Source: Candidatus Magasanikbacteria bacterium RIFOXYB2_FULL_38_10
Lineage (GTDB): Bacteria > Patescibacteriota > Patescibacteriia > Magasanikbacterales > UBA10003
Assembly: GCA_001783145.1 (NCBI GenBank)
Contig: MFQT01000017.1
Span: 30,119-94,118, forward strand
Direction: 5' to 3'
Length of the DNA: 64,000 nucleotides
A program made the translations under genes and the position numbers. Under the pieces are notes generated by a model. It did not search any database. It saw only the letters and a program-made list of their open reading frames with translations, and was not told the origin of the DNA. Positions 1-7,042 of this stretch are shown here, piece by piece (position 1 is the stretch's first letter; each line of letters starts with the position of its first letter).

Positions 1-86
1 CTCTCCACCAAAGGCTTTAATGCCAAGTCTTTTAGCTTGTGAATCGCGGCCCAGCGAGGTAGAACTCCCAGCTTTCTTATGTGCCA
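1..86 (-). CDS. rpmA: 50S ribosomal protein L27, N-terminal part (gene runs off the left edge)
   Basis: Reverse complement of 1-86 translates to [29 protein letters not shown], the conserved L27 N-terminus. It is absent from the ORF track because it is truncated. Confidence 0.85.
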
Positions 87-174
87 TATTTGTTTTAAAA
101 TAAGATAATTTTAAGGTAAATACAGTATAAAACAAATCTTGCCTTATGTCAAGAGCTGTGCTAAAATACAGGAT

Positions 175-534
175 ATGTTGCGAATTCCTTTAAAATTGTT
201 TTTTAAAGATAAAATAATTTCTTTTTTAACAGCCCTTAACGTTATTTCTTTTTTGGCTTTATTTTTTTATCTATTTTTTTCCTTGCTTAAAGCTAAAGAA
301 GAAACAATTTTTCTTCATTATACCGTTCATTTGGGCGTAGATTTAATCGGTTCAAAATCAGGTATTTATTTATTGGCTTGGGGTGCTTTTTTAATTGTTA
401 TTTGCAACACTACTGTGGCTTATCTGGCTTACCCTAATTATAAAAAAATCAGCCGTTTGATTTTAATTGCCACCGTGTTTATGCAAATATTTTTGTGGCT
501 AGCCGGTGGATTTTTAGTTTTTATTAATTTATAG
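175..534 (+). CDS. hypothetical small integral membrane protein
   Basis: The ORF is 139-534 with a TTG at 139 and the first ATG at 175. The translation has 3-4 hydrophobic helices. No family recognised. Confidence 0.45.
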   Translation: MLRIPLKLFFKDKIISFLTALNVISFLALFFYLFFSLLKAKEETIFLHYTVHLGVDLIGSKSGIYLLAWGAFLIVICNTTVAYLAYPNYKKISRLILIATVFMQIFLWLAGGFLVFINL

Positions 535-579
535 AAAACGGTTTTTTAAAATAAACTCTTTGTAGATAATAATTTTATT

Positions 580-1638
580 ATGCTGGAAGATGTGATTATA
601 ATTTTAGTGCTGTCCGGTTTGGCTTTTTTGATTGCCTTTTTTTGGGCGCCTTTTTTAATCAAAATTTTAGTAAAATATAAATGCTATAAAAAACAAGTCC
701 GGACAGAAGCTCCCGACGGTTCCGGTACTCCTATTTTTGCCGCTTTGCATAAATTTAAAGAAACCGGCACTCCGCGCATGGCGGGTGTCTTATTTTGGGT
801 GACTACCGGCTTTTTGGCTTTAGTTATGTTTTTGCTGGGTAATTCGTATCCGGAATTTTTTGCTAAATTTAATTTTGTCAATCGCGCGCAGACCTGGATT
901 CCCTTGTTTACTTTAATTGCGGCTTCTATTTTAGGTTTTGTGGATGATCTCTTGGTGGTTAAAGGATCCGGACGCATTAACAAAGGAGGCGGTTTAAAAT
1001 TTCGCCATCGTTTGTTGGTGGTATTTTTAATTAGTTTGGTGGGCGCTTATTGGTTTTATTTTAAATTGGGCTGGGATACAATTCATCTTCCTTTTTACGG
1101 AGATGTAAATTTAGGTTTTTTGTACATTATTCTTTTCATCATCACTATGATTGGGCTTTTTAGCGGCAGTGTGATAGATGGTCTGGACGGACTGGCCGGC
1201 GGAGTTTTTGCCATTATTTTTACAACTTACGGCGTAATTTCTTTTGTGCGCGGCCAATATGACCTTTCCGCTTTTTGCGGCATTTTGGCGGGTACCTTGG
1301 CGGCGTTTTTATGGTTTAATATCCCGCCCGCTAAATTTTACATGGGAGAAACCGGTATTTTGGGATTGACTACCACTTTGGCTGTGGTGGCCTTTTTAAC
1401 CAATACGGTTTTGCTTTTGCCATTTATTGCCTGCGTGCTTTTGATAGAAATTCTTTCGGTGGTGTTGCAAATGTTCTCCAAAAAATTTCGCCATAAAAAG
1501 ATATTTTTGGTCGCGCCCTTGCATCATCATTTTGAAGCCAAGGGTTGGCCGTCGTATCAAGTGACCATGCGTTTTTGGCTCATCAGCGGCGCTACGGCCA
1601 TTGCCGGTTTAATTTTATTTTTGATTGATAAGGTTTAG
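580..1638 (+). CDS. mraY: phospho-N-acetylmuramoyl-pentapeptide transferase
   Basis: 352-aa polytopic membrane protein with MraY hallmarks (VDDLL, DGLDGLAGG, APLHHHFE). Sits upstream of ftsW-murG. Confidence 0.9.
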   Translation: MLEDVIIILVLSGLAFLIAFFWAPFLIKILVKYKCYKKQVRTEAPDGSGTPIFAALHKFKETGTPRMAGVLFWVTTGFLALVMFLLGNSYPEFFAKFNFVNRAQTWIPLFTLIAASILGFVDDLLVVKGSGRINKGGGLKFRHRLLVVFLISLVGAYWFYFKLGWDTIHLPFYGDVNLGFLYIILFIITMIGLFSGSVIDGLDGLAGGVFAIIFTTYGVISFVRGQYDLSAFCGILAGTLAAFLWFNIPPAKFYMGETGILGLTTTLAVVAFLTNTVLLLPFIACVLLIEILSVVLQMFSKKFRHKKIFLVAPLHHHFEAKGWPSYQVTMRFWLISGATAIAGLILFLIDKV

Positions 1639-1707
1639 GATAAATTAAAATTTTTTTGTTTTTCCATTTGATAAATTCACCAGAAAATATACCATCAAAT
1701 TTTTCAT

Positions 1708-2808
1708 ATGCTTTCTCGTAAAAGTGACATTTATTTCTTGGGTTCTTTGGTTATCTTGTTATTTTTTGGTTTGCTCATGCTTTTTTCCGCCTCTTCTCCG
1801 GAGTCATATGCCATTTTTCATGATCCTTATTTTTTAATCAAAAGGCAGATTCTTTTGGGAGTGTTGCCGGGTGTTATTTTATTTTATATCTTCAGCCGAC
1901 TAGACTTTAATTTTTGGCAAAAAGCCGCTTTGCCTCTTTTTTTATTTTCCCTAGGTCTTTTGATTTTGGTTTTAATTCCTGGTGTGGGAGGGGACTTTGG
2001 CTCAGCCCGCTCTTGGTTTTCTATTTTTGGTTTTTCCTTTCAACCCTCGGAACTAATGAAACTGGCTCTGGCAATTTATTTGGCCTCTTGGCTTAGTCGC
2101 TTAAGTAAAGAAGATTTTACCAATTACACTAAAAGTTTTTTTCCTTTTTTGGCTATCGTCGCAGTAATTGGTTTGCTTTTGATGAAACAACCGGATATGG
2201 GCACCTTTTTGGTTTTATTTTTAATTTCTTTGGGTATTTATTTTGTTGCCGGAGGGCCTTTACTGCATTTGCTTATTTTATTTGGTGGGGGTCTGGTGGG
2301 ATTTATTAGTCTGGTTTTTATTAGTTCCTATCGCCTGCATCGTTTGTTGGCTTTTTTAAACCCCAAAGAGGATGTTTTAGGCATTGGTTATCATATCAAT
2401 CAAGCTCTGTTAGCCCTGGGTTCCGGGGGATTTTTTGGTTTGGGCTGGGGTCACTCGCGTCAAAAATTTCAATACCTGCCGGAAGTGAGCGCCGATTCTA
2501 TTTTTGCCATCATTGGCGAGGAGTTGGGTTTTTTAATTTCAGTTATTTTTATTTGCTTGTTGTTTTTTATTTTTTTCAGAGGATTAAAAATTGCCCAAAA
2601 CGCGCCTAATCATTTTGGCAAACTTTTGACTGTGGGTATAATGGTTTGGTTCATTGGGCAAAGCTGTTTAAATATTGGCGCTATGGTTGGGCTATTGCCT
2701 TTAACCGGCCTACCTTTGCCCTTTGTTAGCCATGGCGGTTCGGCTTTAATGATTTTACTTGCGGCCTTGGGTATTGTAGTTAATATCTCCAAACAAATGA
2801 AAACTTAG
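1708..2808 (+). CDS. ftsW: SEDS-family peptidoglycan glycosyltransferase/lipid II flippase (FtsW/RodA)
   Basis: 366-aa, ~10-TM protein with SEDS motifs (QPSELMKL, PDMGT, LPLTGLPLPFVSHGGSA). Lies between mraY and murG. Confidence 0.85.
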   Translation: MLSRKSDIYFLGSLVILLFFGLLMLFSASSPESYAIFHDPYFLIKRQILLGVLPGVILFYIFSRLDFNFWQKAALPLFLFSLGLLILVLIPGVGGDFGSARSWFSIFGFSFQPSELMKLALAIYLASWLSRLSKEDFTNYTKSFFPFLAIVAVIGLLLMKQPDMGTFLVLFLISLGIYFVAGGPLLHLLILFGGGLVGFISLVFISSYRLHRLLAFLNPKEDVLGIGYHINQALLALGSGGFFGLGWGHSRQKFQYLPEVSADSIFAIIGEELGFLISVIFICLLFFIFFRGLKIAQNAPNHFGKLLTVGIMVWFIGQSCLNIGAMVGLLPLTGLPLPFVSHGGSALMILLAALGIVVNISKQMKT

Positions 2809-2809
2809 T

Positions 2810-3982
2810 ATGAATAAAGGAAAAGAAGAAACAATTTTTAGTTCCATTGAGAAAAATTTTGCGGAAGAATTTAAAAGCAAAAAAAGAGTGATTTTTTCCG
2901 GCGGTGGCACTTTAGGACCGGTAATGCCTCTACTTGCCGTTTTTCAGGAACTTAAAAAACAATTTCCCGATCAATATGATTTTTTGTGGGTAGGCGTTAA
3001 AGGCGGTTTGGAAAAAGAGGTGACGGAAAAATATGGTTTAAAATTTGTCGCTTTGCCCGAAGCTAAATTACGCCGCTATTTTAGTTGGCGCAATTTTAGC
3101 GATATATTTAATTTTGCGGCGGCCTTTTTTAAAAGTTGGATGATTATAAAAAGATTCCAGCCTAATATTTTAGTTTCGGCCGGCGGTTTTATGAGCGTAC
3201 CTCTGCATTTGGCTGCCTGGTTGCAAAAAAAAACCACCTTAATTCATCAAGAAGATGTGGAAGTGGGTTTAGCCAATAAAATTATGGCTCTCTGGGCAGA
3301 TCATATCACTGTGTCTTTGGAAAAAAATTTGCAAAATTTTCCGGCCAAGAAAACTTTATGGATTGGTAATCCTGTGCGCGAGGGGGTTTTATCAGGCCAA
3401 AAAGAAGAAGCTATTAAAGATTTTTTATTGGACCCAAATTTGCCAACGGTTTTGGTTTTGGGTGGAGGCACGGGCGCTCTGTCTTTAAATAAAATGATCG
3501 CCGGCAATATTGGAGAGTTGGTTAAAAAATGTCAAATAATTCATATGCTGGGAAATGGCAAAGAAATGGCCGTGCCTTTTTTTCAAGGTGGGGAATTGGA
3601 TGCTCTTATTAAAGAAAGATATCATCCTGTAAAATTTTTAAATGAAAAAATACTTTCTCGCGCCTATGCCATTAGTGATGTAGTGGTGACTCGTGCGGGA
3701 TTTTCTACTTTGACCGAGCTGGCAGTTTTAGGCAAGCCGTTTGTGGCCGTGCCTATTCCAGATAGCCATCAAGAAAAAAATGCCAGAGTATTTTGGTCTA
3801 AAGCCCAGACGCCGGTATTTTTAAGCAATCATGAGCCGGTGAGCGGTTTAATCAAAAAAATTTTGGATTTGGTATCTAACAAAGAAGAGCAATTATATTT
3901 GGCCCGTCATTTGGTGAAAATAATACCCAAAGACGCGCGAGAGAAAATGTCTTTTTTGATCAATGGTATTTTGAGTAATTAG
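2810..3982 (+). CDS. murG: undecaprenyldiphospho-muramoylpentapeptide beta-N-acetylglucosaminyltransferase
   Basis: GT28-like protein with an N-terminal SGGGTLGPVMP glycine loop, GGGTGA and a C-terminal VTRAGFSTLTE. dcw-cluster context. Confidence 0.85.
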   Translation: MNKGKEETIFSSIEKNFAEEFKSKKRVIFSGGGTLGPVMPLLAVFQELKKQFPDQYDFLWVGVKGGLEKEVTEKYGLKFVALPEAKLRRYFSWRNFSDIFNFAAAFFKSWMIIKRFQPNILVSAGGFMSVPLHLAAWLQKKTTLIHQEDVEVGLANKIMALWADHITVSLEKNLQNFPAKKTLWIGNPVREGVLSGQKEEAIKDFLLDPNLPTVLVLGGGTGALSLNKMIAGNIGELVKKCQIIHMLGNGKEMAVPFFQGGELDALIKERYHPVKFLNEKILSRAYAISDVVVTRAGFSTLTELAVLGKPFVAVPIPDSHQEKNARVFWSKAQTPVFLSNHEPVSGLIKKILDLVSNKEEQLYLARHLVKIIPKDAREKMSFLINGILSN

Positions 3983-4019
3983 TTGTTTATTTTTAAATAG
4001 AAGGCTCATAAATTAAAAA

Positions 4020-4045
4020 CCCTCCGTCAAATGCGGAGGGTTTTT
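4020..4045 (+). terminator. rho-independent terminator after murG
   Basis: Stem CCCTCCG (4020-4026) pairs with CGGAGGG (4034-4040) across a 7-nt loop, followed by TTTTT (4041-4045). Confidence 0.7.
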
Positions 4046-4234
4046 GTGGCTAAGATTAACAGGTACAAGGTTCGTTGCCACAACCTGGGCAAGGATCAAA
4101 CCTCATATTTTTATTTGTTTACAAGGGTTAACCCCTTTTTACCTCTATTATATTATAGCATTGTTGAGAAAGGACCGCAAGATAAGCGAAATAATTAAAA
4201 AACCCCACACAAATTTTAACAAGAGTCTTTTTTT

Positions 4235-4255
4235 TGGTGACCCGGCTGGGGATCG
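4235..4255 (-). repeat. 21-nt exact copy of the tRNA-Lys 3' end (acceptor/T-arm half including CCA); pseudo-tRNA or att-like scar
   Basis: tggtgacccggctggggatcg at 4235-4255 is identical to 4302-4322, in the same orientation. The sequence diverges immediately afterwards and cannot fold as a tRNA. Confidence 0.8.
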
Positions 4256-4301
4256 TGACCAAGCGTACCAGAGAAGCTGTGCAGCGCTTTTGTTTTTTAA
4301 A

Positions 4302-4377
4302 TGGTGACCCGGCTGGGGATCGAACCCAGGACCATCAGCTTAAAAGGCTGTTGCTCTACCAGCTGAGCTACCGGGCC
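4302..4377 (-). tRNA. tRNA-Lys (anticodon UUU), CCA encoded
   Basis: Minus-strand read GGCCCGGTAGCTCAGCTGGTAGAGCAACAGCCTTTTAAGCTGATGGTCCTGGGTTCGATCCCCAGCCGGGTCACCA folds as a 76-nt cloverleaf. Anticodon loop is CTTTTAA and the T-loop is TTCGATC. Confidence 0.9.
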
Positions 4378-4456
4378 GTCACTAGTGTTTAAAAAAACTG
4401 ACAAAAAATTTTAATTGATTTTTTACCAAAAAGTTTCACCCACTAGCATACACCTC

Positions 4457-4485
4457 TTGACAAAATCTGTCAAATGTGCTATGAT
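4457..4485 (+). promoter_or_regulatory. near-consensus sigma70-type promoter upstream of the GC-rich ORF
   Basis: TTGACA (4457-4462), a 17-nt spacer, then TATGAT (4480-4485) preceded by TGc (extended -10). The -35 box lies in the palindrome TTGACAaaatcTGTCAA (4457-4473). Confidence 0.6.
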
Positions 4486-4665
4486 ATGTAGTTAATTTGA
4501 TCTTTGATAATAGGGTGAAGGCTTTGTCCAACCAGATAAGTTTGGCTAAATTAAGGCAAAAATAAAGAAAATAAGATTAAATTTGTCCTAAATAAGCTTG
4601 ATTTATCCGGTTGGGCGAAGGTTTTCGCCCTCTCGAGGAAGGCTCCCCTTAAGGAGCTGTTTGGT

Positions 4666-4671
4666 AGGAGG
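4666..4671 (+). promoter_or_regulatory. Shine-Dalgarno site of the GC-rich ORF
   Basis: AGGAGG lies 5 nt upstream of the ATG at 4677. Native genes in this window lack such motifs. Confidence 0.7.
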
Positions 4672-4676
4672 TTCCT

Positions 4677-6155
4677 ATGGAACTCGTTCGTCAGTTCTTC
4701 GCGGCCCTGGTGTCCATGACGGACACGGCCATCGCGGCCGTGTTCCAGAGCCTGGAGCAGGAGAACGTGCTGACCAGCGCGCGTCTGCGCGCCGCGGTCA
4801 AGAAGAGCGAGGGTAACGAGTTCCGGCGCCTCAAGGTGGCTCTGGGCTATGCCGTGGACCACCAGCTCACCCTCTCCATCGCGAACATCCCGTTCATGAC
4901 GGACGAGGAGCTGGTGCTGGCGTTCCTGGAGGCCACGCCCGACCAGCGCGCCGAGTTCGTGGTGGCGCTGGACGAGATCACCGACGAGAGCGGTGTGCGC
5001 GGTCAGCAGGTGCTCTCCTCCGTGCAGGAGCGCCTCAACATCGAGAAGGCCGTGGCGCAACGCCAGGCCGAGGAGGAGCGTCTGGAGCGCGAGCTGGCCA
5101 AGAAGGCCGCCAGGCGCCTGGAGCTCCTGGAGCACACGGATCGCCTGATCCTGCACATCCTGCGGACCGGCGACGCCTGCGATATGACCGACGAATTGGC
5201 GGTCCAGTACATAGAGGATCAGCCCCTGGGCTACTTCAAGGTGCTCTCGGACATCGCCGGGCTCATCACCCCCGCCACCGCGGCGGAGGGCGAGGCGGCC
5301 CTGACCGGCCTGGACGCGCTGCGCGGCGGCACCATCGTGGACATGCTCACGGGCGCCACCCTGGCGGTGAAGGACGCGCGGAGCATCCGGGGTTGCTTCA
5401 TCACCGACGAGGAGGGCGCCAAGCGCCTCGTCAAGAAGCTCCCGAAGAAGGAGGGGGGAAGGGAGATCTACAGGCACCTGACGGGCGAGAGCCCCGAGGG
5501 TGTCCTGGAACGCCTGGACAGGCACGACGCGGAGTACGCGGCGCGCCAGAAGCGCGACGAGGCCTTCGTGGCCGAGGTGAAGAAGGCGATCGGCGAGGCC
5601 GACGCCACCTTCGTGGCCCTGGCCAAGGCGGTGGCCGAGCTGGTGGAGATCAACTCCGTCGGGACCAGCGGGCCCGAGGAGTGGAAGATGCGGATCATCC
5701 GCGACATCTCCGGCGAGTTCGGCGAGTTCCTGCGGCGGTCCTACATCGGCCAGTTGCGCCAGGCCTACCCCGACGCCTCGACGATCCCGGCGCTCAACGC
5801 CCGGATCGAGGAGGTCAAGGCGGCCTGGAACCAGGCGCGCGCGACGGGCGCCCCCTCCTACGAGCAGGATGCCATCCTCAAGGAGGTCCACGTCCTGGAG
5901 CGGCACCGGCAGTACCTGTCCGAGGCTCCCCAGCTCAAGCCGCAGCAGGGCAAGCCGACCGTCGGCACCCACGCCCACACCAAGGGCAAGGAGGGTGCCC
6001 CGGTCCTGACCGACCACTCCCGCGACGAGGACAGGGAGCGCAAGGAGCGCGAGCGGCGCGACGCCGACCGGAAGCGCACCCTGGACACCAAGGGCAAGGG
6101 CGGCGGCCAGCCCCAGCTCACGGGCAAGGGCAAGCACCAGAAGGGCAAGAAGTAG
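4677..6155 (+). CDS. orphan 492-aa protein on a high-GC island; helix-rich with a lysine/glycine/arginine-rich charged C-terminal tail; function unknown
   Basis: Long ORF with SD plus ATG. 36 of the first 40 codons end in G/C, a strong third-position bias that marks this frame as coding. No TM segment, signal peptide or catalytic motif recognised. Confidence 0.75.
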   Translation: MELVRQFFAALVSMTDTAIAAVFQSLEQENVLTSARLRAAVKKSEGNEFRRLKVALGYAVDHQLTLSIANIPFMTDEELVLAFLEATPDQRAEFVVALDEITDESGVRGQQVLSSVQERLNIEKAVAQRQAEEERLERELAKKAARRLELLEHTDRLILHILRTGDACDMTDELAVQYIEDQPLGYFKVLSDIAGLITPATAAEGEAALTGLDALRGGTIVDMLTGATLAVKDARSIRGCFITDEEGAKRLVKKLPKKEGGREIYRHLTGESPEGVLERLDRHDAEYAARQKRDEAFVAEVKKAIGEADATFVALAKAVAELVEINSVGTSGPEEWKMRIIRDISGEFGEFLRRSYIGQLRQAYPDASTIPALNARIEEVKAAWNQARATGAPSYEQDAILKEVHVLERHRQYLSEAPQLKPQQGKPTVGTHAHTKGKEGAPVLTDHSRDEDRERKERERRDADRKRTLDTKGKGGGQPQLTGKGKHQKGKK

Positions 6156-6285
6156 CCCAGCTACTTCGGCTCCTCAAGTGCCCCCAGTGTCCCTGGCAAC
6201 ATTAACAACGCGGCGGCCAACTAAATAACCGCCCACAACGTCACATGATCTTTCAACAGGTTACAGAGGGTCGCAACGATCCTTA

Positions 6286-6340
6286 CCGGCAATCAAAGTT
6301 CAGTGCTAACACACTGTTCCCACGATTGCCGGTTTTTTTT
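6286..6340 (+). terminator. rho-independent terminator closing the GC-rich cassette
   Basis: Outer stem CCGGCAATC (6286-6294) pairs with GATTGCCGG (6324-6332). Inner stem CAGTG (6301-6305) pairs with CACTG (6312-6316). Followed by T8 (6333-6340). Confidence 0.65.
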
Positions 6341-6365
6341 ATTTCTGCTAAAATGAAGTAAGGAT

Positions 6366-6440
6366 TTTAATAATAAATTTATCTTTTTTGCAGACGATGG
6401 CTTTAGTCCGCGGCGCAAAAAAGATAAATTTATTATTAAA
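6366..6440. repeat. perfect 26-bp inverted repeat with a 23-nt GC-richer loop
   Basis: 6366-6391 (tttaataataaatttatcttttttgc) is the exact reverse complement of 6415-6440. The loop is agacgatggctttagtccgcggc. Confidence 0.85.
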
Positions 6441-6450
6441 TAAAATCATT

Positions 6451-7029
6451 ATGCCCCTTAATCAAAAATATTTTAAAACCCTTAGTACTGTGTTTGCCGA
6501 TTGGGAAAAGTCCCGCCGCTCTGTTCAAGAAGCCTCGGCCAATGCTTTGCAAAAAGCCAAACAGGCTATTTTTTCTTTTCATCGCAATAATTGGAAAGAG
6601 GCCGAGGTTCTACTTAAAACCGCTTTGGAAAACATTAAAATCGCCGGCAAACTGCAAGAAAAAAGCATTGCCACAGATGATGAAGGAATTTTTAAATCAT
6701 CTTTAGAAGAATATGCCGAAGCTGAATTATTTCGTCAGTTTTTGTATAAAGAAACTATTGGTCCAATAAAAAATTTGGAAATTTCTCCGGAAACATATAT
6801 GGGTGGCCTAGCGGATTTGGTAGGGGAGATTCAGCGTTATGCTATGAAAATGGCCACGGAAAGAAATTTTAGCGAACTAACGCGCGCGGAAAAAGTGACC
6901 GAGGAAATTATGGGCGCAATTTTGTCTTTTAATTTTACCGGTTATCTGCGTACTAAATTTGATCAAGCCAAAGGCGCCCGTCGCAAAATAGAAGAGATCG
7001 CCTACGAAGTAAGTTTGCGTCAAAAATAA
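6451..7029 (+). CDS. translin/TRAX-family protein
   Basis: About 190 aa and all-helical. YMGGLADLVGEIQRYAM matches the translin/TRAX signature (G-x-ADLTGELMR). The ORF opens at 6388, inside the hairpin, and the ATG at 6451 is the likely start. Confidence 0.6.
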   Translation: MPLNQKYFKTLSTVFADWEKSRRSVQEASANALQKAKQAIFSFHRNNWKEAEVLLKTALENIKIAGKLQEKSIATDDEGIFKSSLEEYAEAELFRQFLYKETIGPIKNLEISPETYMGGLADLVGEIQRYAMKMATERNFSELTRAEKVTEEIMGAILSFNFTGYLRTKFDQAKGARRKIEEIAYEVSLRQK

Positions 7030-7042
7030 ATTCCGATTCTTT

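Noticed and set aside
4044-4307. 87-aa ORF from the track, and a possible extra tRNA-like element at ~4046-4110 (ends in ...CCA on the minus strand, with an AGGTT/AACCT stem)
   Set aside because: The ORF runs across the murG terminator tail, the pseudo-tRNA fragment and into tRNA-Lys, with no start context. The tRNA-like stretch has a 9-nt loop, no acceptor pairing and no D or anticodon arms.
4551-6137. 528-aa minus-strand ORF (and a 270-aa +2-frame ORF at 5393-6205) overlapping the island gene
   Set aside because: The antisense ORF is in exact codon register with the + ORF. Sense codons almost never end in A, so the antisense strand almost never forms TAA, TAG or TGA. Its translation is Leu/Gly/Ala/Arg/Val low-complexity, it starts with GTG with no SD, and it runs into the AT-rich leader. 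The +2 ORF is Arg/Gly/Pro-rich for the same compositional reason. Both are expected shadows of a high-GC3 gene.
4601-6338. Possible target-site duplication GATT(n)CCGGTT at both island edges (4601-4612 and 6324-6335)
   Set aside because: The shared core is only 6 nt (CCGGTT) with loose flanks, and the right copy is part of the terminator stem. This is too short to distinguish from chance.
4606-6340. GC-rich island as a structural RNA (rRNA fragment, RNase P, tmRNA and similar), since RNA genes stand out as GC-rich in AT-rich genomes
   Set aside because: The G+C level is far above typical rRNA. No conserved rRNA, RNase P or tmRNA motifs were recognised. The segment shows strong three-base periodicity with an SD, an ATG and a single 1.5-kb open frame, which indicates protein coding.
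4606-6340. Island as a simple contig-end assembly chimera
   Set aside because: This is not fully excluded. However, the segment is flanked on both sides by host-type AT-rich sequence with continuous core-gene synteny. The promoter-leader-SD-ORF-terminator architecture also runs across the left junction. Read mapping is needed to settle it.
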